From positions 1 through 64,000 of the forward strand of contig CATMOE010000009.1 of assembly GCA_950072105.1 (NCBI GenBank): DNA of 64,000 bases, given 5' to 3'. Shown here one piece after another: positions 1-9,222 of this stretch. The translations under genes were made by a program, and so were the position numbers. Origin of the DNA: an uncultured Dehalococcoidia bacterium. Lineage in GTDB: Bacteria; Chloroflexota; Dehalococcoidia; Lucifugimonadales; UBA3495. Below the pieces are notes generated by a model that was not told the origin of the DNA, did not search any database, and saw only the letters and a program-made list of their open reading frames with translations. Positions within the stretch are counted from its first letter, which is position 1, and each line of letters opens with the position of its first letter.

Positions 1-2
1 GC

Positions 3-167
3 CTGATTATGCAAGGCGGCGCCACCCAAAAATTCTTCGACGACAGCCAGCCTCAATTCCATCCCAAAGACGTAGAACTAGCCCTCCAAATCAACAAATA
101 CCCCTTCGCCATGAAAATAAACCGGGAAGACGGGCTATTGGTGGCCCGGAAGGTTATGGCTGCGTAG
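3..167 (+). CDS. 3' end of a gene truncated by the window edge, probably 2-phosphosulfolactate phosphatase (ComB) family
   Basis: Open frame from base 3: LIMQGGATQKFFDDSQPQFHPKDVELALQINKYPFAMKINREDGLLVARKVMAA*. It resembles ComB-family C-termini (recalled, not searched). Confidence 0.45.
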   Translation: MIMQGGATQKFFDDSQPQFHPKDVELALQINKYPFAMKINREDGLLVARKVMAA

Positions 168-229
168 GAAAGGCTTTGGATTCCCTCTAGCCCAATATGC
201 CCGAAAAGCTATGGAAAGACTCAGTCTTG

Positions 230-1354
230 CTACCCTTCGCTAAACCGCGCCGGGTCTAGGGAGGATACGCCGGGGACATCGGTGCTGCCCTTTACGATCA
301 GGTCTGCAAGGCCGTGGCACATGCCGGTGCTCCAGAGGATGCCCTTGCGTCCGGAGCCGGTGCCGACGTACAGGTTTTCCCAGCCGGGCACCTTACCCAC
401 GATGGGTAGCCCATCGGCGGATATGGGCCGCAGGCAGGCGGTTTGCTGGACCAATTCGGCATCGGCCAGGGAAGGCGCCATCTTCAGCAAGTCTCCCATG
501 ATCTTGTCCCGGGCCGCAGTGGTGATCCCCACGTCGAACCCCGCCTCTTCTTCGGTTGTTCCAGCCCAGATCAACCCGTCGGGCTTGGAAGCGGCGTAGC
601 TCCCGGCGTAGTTCAGGGAAGCCCTCATGGGATCGGTGGTCAACTGTAGGCGAATGACTTGGCCTTTGAGTGGGCTAACCGGAATCTCCACTCCGCACCA
701 AGAGGAGGCCTGTTGAGACCAGGGCCCCACCGCCAGGACCACCGCGCCGGCCTCAAGTTGACCGGTTTCCAATGTTACTCCGGAACAACGGCCGCCCTCG
801 CTGATCAAGCCGGTTACCCGGCGCAGGAGGATCTCGGCGCCGAACTTTTCCGCGGCTTGGGCGGCGGCCAGGTTGTAGCGGTAGGCCTCGATCGCTCCTG
901 TGCCCTGAGCGTATGACGCCCCCAGGCACGCCGGATTAGCTCTCGGCTCCACTTTGAGAACGTCCGCTTGGTCCAGCCATTCGACATGGAAGCCCTTAAC
1001 GTCCTTTTGCCATTTGATCTCTTCCTTATACCGTAGAGCCTCGGAATCGTCGAAGGCCAGGATCAGTCGATCCCGGAGGTGGAACTGGGTATCAACCCCT
1101 GAAGCCTCCTCCAGTTCCGGGGAGAGAGTAGCGTGCCGTTCTAAGCACCATACGCTGAATCCCAGGAGCGGATCGGGAATCCCGGCTCCTTCCAATGGTC
1201 CCAGGCCGCCGAACGCGAATCCCGAGGCGTGGCTGGCCACGGCGTCGGCCTCGACTATCGTCACTTTCAACCCTTCGCGGGACAGCAGATAGGCGGTCAA
1301 GCAGCCTATGATGCCGCCTCCAACAACAATTACATCGCGCCGGTCGGTAGCCAC
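230..1354 (-). CDS. FAD-dependent oxidoreductase, glycine oxidase/D-amino-acid oxidase family
   Basis: N-terminal GGGIIG Rossmann motif, ASxxAxG and C-terminal LRPxSxDGLPIVG...GxGxxGI. GTG start at 1354 follows an AAGGAG RBS. Confidence 0.88.
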   Translation of the reverse strand: MATDRRDVIVVGGGIIGCLTAYLLSREGLKVTIVEADAVASHASGFAFGGLGPLEGAGIPDPLLGFSVWCLERHATLSPELEEASGVDTQFHLRDRLILAFDDSEALRYKEEIKWQKDVKGFHVEWLDQADVLKVEPRANPACLGASYAQGTGAIEAYRYNLAAAQAAEKFGAEILLRRVTGLISEGGRCSGVTLETGQLEAGAVVLAVGPWSQQASSWCGVEIPVSPLKGQVIRLQLTTDPMRASLNYAGSYAASKPDGLIWAGTTEEEAGFDVGITTAARDKIMGDLLKMAPSLADAELVQQTACLRPISADGLPIVGKVPGWENLYVGTGSGRKGILWSTGMCHGLADLIVKGSTDVPGVSSLDPARFSEG

Positions 1355-1391
1355 CCTTATCAACTCCTTAGAATTTAGGCTCGCCAAAAAT

Positions 1392-1418
1392 CGTTAAGGA
1401 TTTTCTTAATCCTTAACG
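1392..1418. terminator. 11-bp perfect inverted repeat overlapping the vapC stop codon
   Basis: cgttaaggatt-ttctt-aatccttaacg. Confidence 0.55.
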
Positions 1419-1808
1419 GATCAGTTTTACCCCAAGCCCGATGTCCAGATTCGACCATTGCCGGTCGGCGGTAAGCACACCGTACCCCAATCGAAGTGCC
1501 AGAGCAAGGCAAGCACGGTCTGCCAAAGAAAGTCCTGCCGACCGAGTCAATGGACGAAGCCGCGCAATCATCCTGGCGTCAATGGCGGTAACTGGAAACA
1601 CTTCAAATGCTGAAGACAACATCCCTTCGAATTCCAACCGCTCGGCGATGGCATCAGGGTCCTCTCCTTCATCCGCAAACTTTGACAGAACTTCAGCCCA
1701 ATTCGCCGCACTGACGACACTAACTTCGGTCATCGCCTCGGACACTGTGCCCGCTCCGGGTTCGCCATGGAGGTAAGCCAAGATCGCCGATGCGTCAAGA
1801 ACCCACAT
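1413..1808 (-). CDS. vapC: PIN-domain toxin (VapC family)
   Basis: VLDASAILAYL, N.AEV, LSLADRACLALA and LTADR PIN motifs; lies directly downstream of an AbrB-type gene. Confidence 0.92.
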   Translation of the reverse strand: MWVLDASAILAYLHGEPGAGTVSEAMTEVSVVSAANWAEVLSKFADEGEDPDAIAERLEFEGMLSSAFEVFPVTAIDARMIARLRPLTRSAGLSLADRACLALALRLGYGVLTADRQWSNLDIGLGVKLIR

Positions 1809-1809
1809 G

Positions 1810-2055
1810 TTACTCCCTGGCCGCCTCTGCCCGTCTTTCCTGAATCAATTCGTCGGCCAAACTTCTACCTGGTGCGATATGTTTCAACATCCCCTGAGCG
1901 CGTTTTATCGCCATTTGGCGGGTAAACACGCGGACCTCACCATCCTTAAAGGCTAAGATCACTTCGTCGCCAGGCTTGATGCCCATGGCCTTACGAAACT
2001 CGACGGGAAGGACTATTCTGCCACCTTGGCCTACTTTTGTCTTAATGCTATCCAT
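1810..2055 (-). CDS. AbrB/MazE/SpoVT-family antitoxin
   Basis: MDSIKTKVGQGGRIVLPVEFRKAMGIKPGDEV swapped-hairpin signature and SLADELIQERRAEA tail. The real start is the ATG at 2055. Confidence 0.9.
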   Translation of the reverse strand: MDSIKTKVGQGGRIVLPVEFRKAMGIKPGDEVILAFKDGEVRVFTRQMAIKRAQGMLKHIAPGRSLADELIQERRAEAARE

Positions 2056-2070
2056 CTGCCACCTCAACAT

Positions 2071-2103
2071 AAATATACCACTAATTGATTTAATGGCACA
2101 TTT
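2071..2103 (-). promoter_or_regulatory. Probable toxin-antitoxin promoter/operator
   Basis: Imperfect inverted repeat aaatatacca...tggcacattt overlapping a minus-strand extended -10 (TGgTATATT) just upstream of the antitoxin. Confidence 0.45.
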
Positions 2104-2240
2104 TTCAGCGGTTGCCCGGATTGGACGATCCGCGGTATGCCGAAAAGAAATCTTTTCCTTCCCAACCTCCCCATATACTAGCCACGGCAAATACGCTAGG
2201 TGTACAATCTGCTCTACCCGATCACCGGCCCACTCCAACT

Positions 2241-3122
2241 ATGAACAATAGCTCAATCTCCGCACACGACCCATTTCAACGGCGGTCGATCTCCGTCTCC
2301 GGAACGGAGATCGCCTATGTAGACGTAGGGTTGGGAGATCCCATCGTGTTTCTCCACGGCAACCCAACATCGTCTTATCTTTGGCGCAACGTCATACCTC
2401 ACCTGCAAAACCTGGGGCGATGCCTGGCCCCAGACTTGGTGGGCATGGGGGAGTCAGGCAAAGCGAAAGACGGGAACTACCGCTTCTCCGATCACGTATC
2501 CTACTTGGACACTTGGTTCGACAAGCTGGCGCTCAACCAAAACGTGACCCTAGTCGTCCACGACTGGGGGTCTGCCCTTGGGTTCCACTGGGCCCACCGC
2601 CACCTGGTTAGAATGAAAGCGATCGTCTACATGGAGGCCATCGTCCGTCCTCTCACTTGGGACGAATGGCCCGAGTCGGCGCGGTCGATCTTTCAGGCCA
2701 TGCGCTCGCCCGCCGGTAATGAAATGATCTTGGAGAAAAATCTGTTCGTAGACCGAATCCTTCCGGCCAGCGTGATGCGGGCATTGACCACAGAGGAAAT
2801 GGAGGTCTACCGGCGCCCCTATCTAGAGGCAGGTGAATCGAGGCGTCCCACCTTAACCTGGCCCAGGGAGATACCCCTGGACGGACAGCCCACCGATGTA
2901 GCCGACGTGGTGACCGGTTATTCCCGGTGGTTGGCCGTTAGCGACTTACCCAAACTGTTCATCAACGCCGACCCGGGTGTGATCTTGGTGGGTGCACAAA
3001 GAGAATTCTGCCGCGCCTGGCCGAACCAGGAAGAGGTTACTGTCCCGGGGACGCATGTCATTCAGGAAGACTCTCCGGACGAGATAGGTCAAGCCATCGC
3101 CCAGTGGTACTCGACCTTGTGA
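2241..3122 (+). CDS. dhaA: Haloalkane dehalogenase (DhaA/LinB type)
   Basis: FLHGNPTSSYLWRN, nucleophile motif VHDWGSALGF, RRPTLTWPREIP and catalytic His in GTHVIQEDSP. Confidence 0.92.
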   Translation: MNNSSISAHDPFQRRSISVSGTEIAYVDVGLGDPIVFLHGNPTSSYLWRNVIPHLQNLGRCLAPDLVGMGESGKAKDGNYRFSDHVSYLDTWFDKLALNQNVTLVVHDWGSALGFHWAHRHLVRMKAIVYMEAIVRPLTWDEWPESARSIFQAMRSPAGNEMILEKNLFVDRILPASVMRALTTEEMEVYRRPYLEAGESRRPTLTWPREIPLDGQPTDVADVVTGYSRWLAVSDLPKLFINADPGVILVGAQREFCRAWPNQEEVTVPGTHVIQEDSPDEIGQAIAQWYSTL

Positions 3123-3301
3123 GAGTACCTTGCCTGATAATCGGCGTCGTGGTGACGTTGCTCTTTATGATCTTGATGGTGACTTGCCGGACCATCGGAT
3201 TGCCGCTGTCCGACAATGTCCCTTCGCCGAACTCGCGGGTGGCCCCTCCGGCAGTTCAAAGATGAATCAGTCTCTTGACGGCTTTGCGTTTGGCGGCGCC
3301 C

Positions 3302-3670
3302 CTATTCCTGAACGGCGTAGCGAAGGTGGGTGATGTCTTGGACCCGCTGATCACCGTCCAACCTGATCGCTATCAAGTCGATACGCCAGTCGGAGTGAAC
3401 TAGGTCGTGCTCTTGTAGAAACTCCTGGGCGGTGGCGACCAATTTCCGAGCTTTGGCAGCGGTCACGGACTCCTCGGGCGTGCCGAACTCAACGCCCCGG
3501 CGGGTGCGTACCTCGACGAACACCAACTCCTCCCCTTCCTGGGCCACGATGTCCACCTCTCCCCAACGGCACCGGTAGTTGGTTGCCACCAACACGTAGC
3601 CCTTCTCTTGGAGGAACCGGCCGGCCATGCCCTCTCCCCATTTGCCGAGGCGGATGCGGGGGGTAGTCAC
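3302..3670 (-). CDS. yraN: YraN family endonuclease
   Basis: LGKWGE..A..FL, NYRCRWGEVDIVA, LVFVEVRTR and RIDLIAI motifs; adjacent to rnhB. Confidence 0.92.
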   Translation of the reverse strand: MTTPRIRLGKWGEGMAGRFLQEKGYVLVATNYRCRWGEVDIVAQEGEELVFVEVRTRRGVEFGTPEESVTAAKARKLVATAQEFLQEHDLVHSDWRIDLIAIRLDGDQRVQDITHLRYAVQE

Positions 3671-3671
3671 G

Positions 3672-4307
3672 CTAACCGCCTCCCATTGCCTGGGCCGCCA
3701 GCCGCACCGGTGCGAACGAATGCCGGTGGATGCCGCATGGCCCCATCTCCCTCAATCGAGCCATGTGGTGCGCGGTCCCGTAACCCTTGTTGCGAGCGAA
3801 GGCGTAGCCCGGATAAATAGCATCAGCTTGCTCCATCAGCCGGTCTCGAGTCACCTTGGCCACGTTGGAAGCAGCGGCGATAGAATAGCTTATCCGGTCG
3901 CCGCCCACCACCGGTCGAAAGGGAATCGGACAATCCCGCATGTGAACGAAGTCCAACAGCAGATACGACGGGGAGAGGGGCAGATCAGCCACCGCCTGTA
4001 GCATGGCTTTAATGTTCGCCGGGCCGATGCCGATGCGGTCGATCTCTTCCGGGCCAACCTGGCCTACGCCGATGCCCAAGGCATGGATTTCCACCAGTTC
4101 GACCACTCTTTCACGCCGGGCGGGGGAGAGCTTCTTGCTGTCGTCCAATTGAGCCAGCCACGGCTCCGAACCGGTCAAATCTGTGGGAAGCACAACGGCG
4201 ACAGCCACCACGGGACCGGCTAAAGGTCCTCGGCCAACCTCGTCCACTCCGGCCACCAGAGCGAACCCTTGCTGATAGAGCTCTAGTTCAAGCGAAAGGC
4301 CGGGCAT
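3672..4307 (-). CDS. rnhB: Ribonuclease HII
   Basis: AGVDEVGRGPLAGPVVA, LDDSKKLS, SIAAASxxAKVTRD and NKGYGT..H motifs; start taken at ATG 4307. Confidence 0.95.
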   Translation of the reverse strand: MPGLSLELELYQQGFALVAGVDEVGRGPLAGPVVAVAVVLPTDLTGSEPWLAQLDDSKKLSPARRERVVELVEIHALGIGVGQVGPEEIDRIGIGPANIKAMLQAVADLPLSPSYLLLDFVHMRDCPIPFRPVVGGDRISYSIAAASNVAKVTRDRLMEQADAIYPGYAFARNKGYGTAHHMARLREMGPCGIHRHSFAPVRLAAQAMGGG

Positions 4308-4314
4308 GGTCCGT

Positions 4315-5448
4315 TCAACCGGGGATGGGTTCTTTGGCCGGACCACCAGGGGTCCCTTGCCAAAGATTTTCGCTGTTCGCGGTGTCTCCTTCGATGATGC
4401 CACCTCCCATCAACACGTCACCCTGGTAAAATACCGCCGCTTGGCCTGGGGTCAAGGCCCTCTGGGGATCGTCGAAGCAGACCATCGCACCGTCTTCTTG
4501 AGGGTACAGAACGGCCGGGGCTTCCGATGCCTTGTATCGAATCTTTACCTCCACCCGGGTGGGACCCTCAGGAGGAGAACCCGACGTGTAGTTGACACGG
4601 GACGTCCAAACCCGGTCCCGGTAAAGGGCTTCTTCCGGCCCAACCACAACCCGATCGGTCTCAGCGTCCACCTGCACCACGTAGAGAGGCTCTTTTGAAT
4701 TGATTCCCAAGCCCCGACGTTGGCCTACGGTAAAATACTCGATTCCCTGGTGTTCACCCAAAACGGTCCCATCCACATGCACGACGTCTCCCGGAACCGC
4801 GGTGATGTGCTGCTTCAAGTAAGCCTTGTAATCGCCCAAGGGAATGAAGCAGATGTCCTGACTGTCCGGCTTTTCGGCGTTGATGAAGCCGGCATCCAAG
4901 GCCATGTCCCGGATCGCCTGCTTGGCATAGGCGCCCACGGGCATCAGGGTCCGAGCCAACTCCTCTTGTCCCATGCCGAACAGCACGTAGGACTGGTCTT
5001 TGGCGGTATCGACTCCCTTCTTCAGGACCCAACCATCAACGGTGTGCTCGATCTTGGCGTAATGACCGGTAGCCACGTAGGCGGCCTGCAGCGCCGCCGC
5101 CCGGTTCATCAAAAAGCTGAACTTGATCTTGTCGTTGCAGGCGATACAGGGATGGGGAGTCCGGCCCTTGCTGTATTCCCGGCGAAAGTAGTCGATGACG
5201 TGTTCCTGAAACTCCTGCTGCACGTTGAGTACATAGTGGGGAATTCCCAAGCTGCGGCAGACCATACGGGCGTCTTCCACGTCGTCCAACGTGCAACAAC
5301 CCTGGTAAGAAGGAGGCAGGTTTGCCTCGTCCAGGCTATACAGCTTCATGGTCACGCCGATCACGTCGAACCCCTGCCGCTGTAACAGCAGGGCAGCTAC
5401 CGACGAGTCCACGCCGCCGCTCATGGCGACTACTACTCTTTCAGTCAT
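4315..5448 (-). CDS. mnmA: tRNA 2-thiouridine(34) synthase
   Basis: AMSGGVDSSV PP-loop, TPHPCIACN, ATGHYA, KDQSY, DSQDICF, TVGQRRGLG and TPGQAAVFY motifs. Confidence 0.97.
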   Translation of the reverse strand: MTERVVVAMSGGVDSSVAALLLQRQGFDVIGVTMKLYSLDEANLPPSYQGCCTLDDVEDARMVCRSLGIPHYVLNVQQEFQEHVIDYFRREYSKGRTPHPCIACNDKIKFSFLMNRAAALQAAYVATGHYAKIEHTVDGWVLKKGVDTAKDQSYVLFGMGQEELARTLMPVGAYAKQAIRDMALDAGFINAEKPDSQDICFIPLGDYKAYLKQHITAVPGDVVHVDGTVLGEHQGIEYFTVGQRRGLGINSKEPLYVVQVDAETDRVVVGPEEALYRDRVWTSRVNYTSGSPPEGPTRVEVKIRYKASEAPAVLYPQEDGAMVCFDDPQRALTPGQAAVFYQGDVLMGGGIIEGDTANSENLWQGTPGGPAKEPIPG

Positions 5449-5633
5449 CATTAAACCTCAATTACACAGCCTAGCACGCCGCCAAACCTGAATTCAATAG
5501 TGGCATCGGCGACCTGGGAAGATTGAGAGCTCTGATTGACACGCCTTTGACACCTGGCTACAATCCCGCTGAACCTGGCCGGGGCATCTGCCCGTGTGCG
5601 GCAGGACTTTCCCAAACTTCAAGGAGGCGCTCC

Positions 5634-6587
5634 ATGCCTACAACATTCGGAACTTCAATGCCCAGCCGGGGAGACATGGCCAGCCCGGAAAACCTCCGAA
5701 CTCTGGCCCAGCGTGCCGAGTCCCTGGGTTTTGATTCGGTGTGGGTAAGCGACCACATCATATTGCCCAGGAAAGTTGACTCCTTCTATCCCTACGCCGC
5801 GGATGGCGTGGCCACTTTCCGGCCCGACGAAGATTACTACGACCCCCTGGCGACGCTTAACTTTCTGGCGGGCTGCACCCAAAAGATTCGCCTGGGCACC
5901 CACGTGCTGATTCTCCCTTATAGAAACCCGGTGGTGACCGCCAAGATGCTATCGACGTTGGACGTACTATCCGGCGGACGAGTGATCCTAGGCGCCGGCG
6001 TGGGGTGGATGGAGGAGGAATTCCAGGCTCTTGGGTTGGATACCTACGCCCAGCGAGGCGCGGTTACCGACGAATACATCCAGCTATTCAAGGAGCTTTG
6101 GACCAAGGACGAGCCCGAGTTTCAAGGGGAACACTATCAACTGTCAGGAATGGGCTTCATGCCCAAACCAGTGCAGAAACCCCACCCGCCCATATGGATA
6201 GGGGGTCACACCAACCCGGCCATCCGCCGCGCCGCCGAGTACGGCGATGGTTGGATGCCCATAGGTTTGCGCCCACCGGCCATTTTAGAGCCTGAAGAAC
6301 TGGCAGAGAAGATTGCCCGCCTTCGAAGACTTACCGTCCGGGCCGGGCGGCCCGAGGACGCGGTCTCGCTGTGTTTCAGCACCGGGGTGACATTCGATGA
6401 CTCTCCTGGCGCCACTCGCCGCATGATGAGCGGCCGGGCCGAACAGATCGCCACCGACCTGCGCCAATACCAGGATCTGGGCGTCCGAAACTTCATCCTA
6501 GGCTTCCCCGGCGATAGCGTGGCCGCTTTGGATGAAGCGATGGAGCAGTTTTCCAAACAGGTGATGCCCTTGATTCCTCAGGATTGA
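5634..6587 (+). CDS. LLM-class (probably F420-dependent) oxidoreductase
   Basis: GFDSVWVSDH, RLGTHVLILPYRNP, GAGVGWMEEEF and PKPVQKPHPPIWIGG motifs; AGGAGG RBS before ATG 5634. Confidence 0.9.
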   Translation: MPTTFGTSMPSRGDMASPENLRTLAQRAESLGFDSVWVSDHIILPRKVDSFYPYAADGVATFRPDEDYYDPLATLNFLAGCTQKIRLGTHVLILPYRNPVVTAKMLSTLDVLSGGRVILGAGVGWMEEEFQALGLDTYAQRGAVTDEYIQLFKELWTKDEPEFQGEHYQLSGMGFMPKPVQKPHPPIWIGGHTNPAIRRAAEYGDGWMPIGLRPPAILEPEELAEKIARLRRLTVRAGRPEDAVSLCFSTGVTFDDSPGATRRMMSGRAEQIATDLRQYQDLGVRNFILGFPGDSVAALDEAMEQFSKQVMPLIPQD

Positions 6588-6654
6588 CCGGACCAGAGAT
6601 CGCGGAGAGCGCAGAGCTTTAAGCCTTTTGGTTGCCTTGAATTTTAAATTAGAC

Positions 6655-7509
6655 CTACGACACCGTCGCCTGGGATACGCCGTACTTACTCTCTAGCTCA
6701 TATACATCCTGCAATCCCAACAACTCCGCCACCTCCCATCGAGTGCCGTAACGGGAGGTGTCCACCTTTCCTTGGGTTTTCAACTCCTCATAGGAAGCCT
6801 TCAGTTGCTGATAGATCAGCCAGATGGTGCCGCCGCAGATCATTAGCTTATAGCCCAATTCAGCAACTTCTTGAGTCGAAAAGAGGTCGCCGTTGTACAT
6901 CCGGGGAAAGTCGGGCAGATCCTTGGCGTAGGCCTGCAGGTCTTCCGCCGACTTGATCCCATCGACAAACACCATATCCGCACCCGCATCGATGTACTCC
7001 CGGCAGCGGCGTACCGTGTCCTCCCAGCCGGTGACGGCGTAGGCGTCGCAACGGGCGATGACGACAAACTCAGGATCGTTCCGGGCATCCAACGCCGCAT
7101 GAATCTTCTGTACCATCTCGTTCGACGGTATCACCTGCTTGCCATCGAAGAAGCCGCACTTCTTGGGGAAAACCTGATCTTCTATATGTATTCCAGCGAC
7201 CCCGGCCGCCTCGTACTCCCGCACCGTGCGCTGAACGTTTAAGGGATTGCCGTAGCCGGTGTCCGCGTCGCAGATCACTGGGACATCAATGGCATTGGCG
7301 ATGTACTTGGCGTTGCCCACCATTTCGCTCATGGTCAACAGACCTACGTCTGGAAATCCTTTTTCGGCGGCGGTGCCGGCTCCTGTCATGTAAACCGCGT
7401 CAAAGCCCACCGATTCGGCAATCTTGGCGTGCAGGGCGTTTATCACAAATGGAGCCACGATCATCTGGTCCGACGCCATTAGCTGCCGTAATTTGCTTGT
7501 GGTTTTCAT
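6655..7509 (-). CDS. Isocitrate lyase/PEP mutase superfamily enzyme (methylisocitrate lyase-like)
   Basis: GFPDVGL, DADTGYG, HIEDQVFPKKCG, IARCDA and AGADMVF motifs. Confidence 0.88.
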   Translation of the reverse strand: MKTTSKLRQLMASDQMIVAPFVINALHAKIAESVGFDAVYMTGAGTAAEKGFPDVGLLTMSEMVGNAKYIANAIDVPVICDADTGYGNPLNVQRTVREYEAAGVAGIHIEDQVFPKKCGFFDGKQVIPSNEMVQKIHAALDARNDPEFVVIARCDAYAVTGWEDTVRRCREYIDAGADMVFVDGIKSAEDLQAYAKDLPDFPRMYNGDLFSTQEVAELGYKLMICGGTIWLIYQQLKASYEELKTQGKVDTSRYGTRWEVAELLGLQDVYELESKYGVSQATVS

Positions 7510-7565
7510 TGTCTTCTCCTTAAAATAGATCCCCATCCAAACGCAGGTTATTTAGCAAAATTGAA

Positions 7566-8186
7566 TTATAAAGGATAACTGGAAACGATCTCCCAGCTAA
7601 GGTCAGCCGCCCACCGGCCTCCATTCCAATCCTCTTCGGCAGCCTGGGATTGGAAACGGACCAATAGCAACCGCCAAGCGTTGGCGGATTCCGGCACGGC
7701 TAGGTCGTCAACAACCCCTTGGGCAAACTCTAACGCGTCGGCCATCACCGCCGAAGGTAACTTGGCGTACTGCATCATTGTGACGTGGGGCGAATAGTCT
7801 CCTTCCACGTGTTCCATCTCCAGTACGGCGCCGGAAACCCGTCTTACCATGTCAACAACGTCCCCATGCAACTTGTGCAGCGCTTCCGGCCTTGGAGGCC
7901 CCGAGAGGTCTAGGAAGATGTTTCCGGAAGCGCCGGTCACGCCTTGGTGGTGTAGGGAAAATCGCGGTTCCCTCTGGCGGCTTTTCTCAGCGGCGGCCTG
8001 CAAACCGGCCTCAACTTCGGCCAGAGCGGCTTCCGAACACTGAAAGAAGCCGGCCACGGTTAGGTGCAACATGTGCATCTCGGCGGCCCAGCTTCCGTAT
8101 TGGCCGCAGATCAACTGGCGCGCCCGGTAGGCCCTGGCGGTAAAGGACGGCGACGGAATGAGCAATATACCGAATCTGATAGACAT
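7566..8186 (-). CDS. 2H phosphoesterase (2'-5' RNA ligase-like) family protein
   Basis: Two HxT motifs (LHLTV and PHVTM) about 90 residues apart. Confidence 0.65.
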   Translation of the reverse strand: MSIRFGILLIPSPSFTARAYRARQLICGQYGSWAAEMHMLHLTVAGFFQCSEAALAEVEAGLQAAAEKSRQREPRFSLHHQGVTGASGNIFLDLSGPPRPEALHKLHGDVVDMVRRVSGAVLEMEHVEGDYSPHVTMMQYAKLPSAVMADALEFAQGVVDDLAVPESANAWRLLLVRFQSQAAEEDWNGGRWAADLSWEIVSSYPL

Positions 8187-8321
8187 GGGTTTTCTCGCTA
8201 TTAACTTCTTGCGGCCGATAGCATAGGCCGGGTTTAGGAATGGAGTGGGTGGTGAAATACCTCCGGTCTGACTCGGAGGTTCAGCTTCAGGTCTAGAGCA
8301 TCGACCATGACCGTCAAGAAG

Positions 8322-9176
8322 CTAGATCTGGCTGTATCCGGAACCCGGCCGATCGGCATCCACGCCCCTACCCTTGCCTTCGGTGATCCAGCCGAACTCC
8401 TTCAGGATCTGCTGGCTGTAGGTTACTCGTCCCGAAACCCGGTCCAGTGGCTCGGTGGCCAGTAGAAGGGCGGCCTTGGCCATAAGGTCCGGGCTCTCGC
8501 TTCGGGGGTCGTCCATCCCGGTTACCAAGTTATGAAATACCGTACCCGGCGTGGCCACCACCTGGGAAGGAGCTAGGGACGTTACCGACACGCCATCTTT
8601 GTAAACCTCAATGGCCAGACCTTGGGTGAACCGCTCCAATGCGGCCTTTTCGGCGCCGTAACAGGCACCGCCGCCATCGGCGGTAGTGTCCGGGTAGGGG
8701 CCCCTTCCGGGACCGACGGCGGACCCCGACGAAATGTTAACGATGCTGCCGCTACCCCGGGGTATCATGTCCTCTAGAACCAATTTGCTCAACAAGAATG
8801 GAGCGTGGAAGTTCACCGCCCACGAGCGCATCCACCGGTTCAACGGAAAATCTTTAACCGGGTAGTAGTAGGTCAACGCCGCGTTGTTCACCAGCACATC
8901 GACCGGTCCATAGATGTCTCGCGTTTCTTGAATCAATCGCTCGCAGTCTTCGGGTAGGGAGATATTAACCGCAACGGGCGTAGCCTCGCCGCCGGCTTCG
9001 CGGATGTCGCCAACGGTTTTTTCCAGCGACCCTTCCAGGGGGTGATCCCCTTCACGCATAGTTCGCGCAGCACAGATCACGCTGCCGCCCTCGGAGGCAA
9101 ATAACCGGGCAATCTCACTGCCGATGCCGCGGCTGGCGCCCGTGATTATCGCCACCCGGCCGTCCAATCTGGCCAT
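8322..9176 (-). CDS. Short-chain dehydrogenase/reductase
   Basis: TGASRGIG, LVNNAA, NISS and YxxxK (YGAEK) motifs; start at ATG 9176. Confidence 0.9.
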   Translation of the reverse strand: MARLDGRVAIITGASRGIGSEIARLFASEGGSVICAARTMREGDHPLEGSLEKTVGDIREAGGEATPVAVNISLPEDCERLIQETRDIYGPVDVLVNNAALTYYYPVKDFPLNRWMRSWAVNFHAPFLLSKLVLEDMIPRGSGSIVNISSGSAVGPGRGPYPDTTADGGGACYGAEKAALERFTQGLAIEVYKDGVSVTSLAPSQVVATPGTVFHNLVTGMDDPRSESPDLMAKAALLLATEPLDRVSGRVTYSQQILKEFGWITEGKGRGVDADRPGSGYSQI

Positions 9177-9222
9177 GTTTTTCTCCCGAGTTATAGATGA
9201 AAGGGAACGCGGTATCCCGAAG

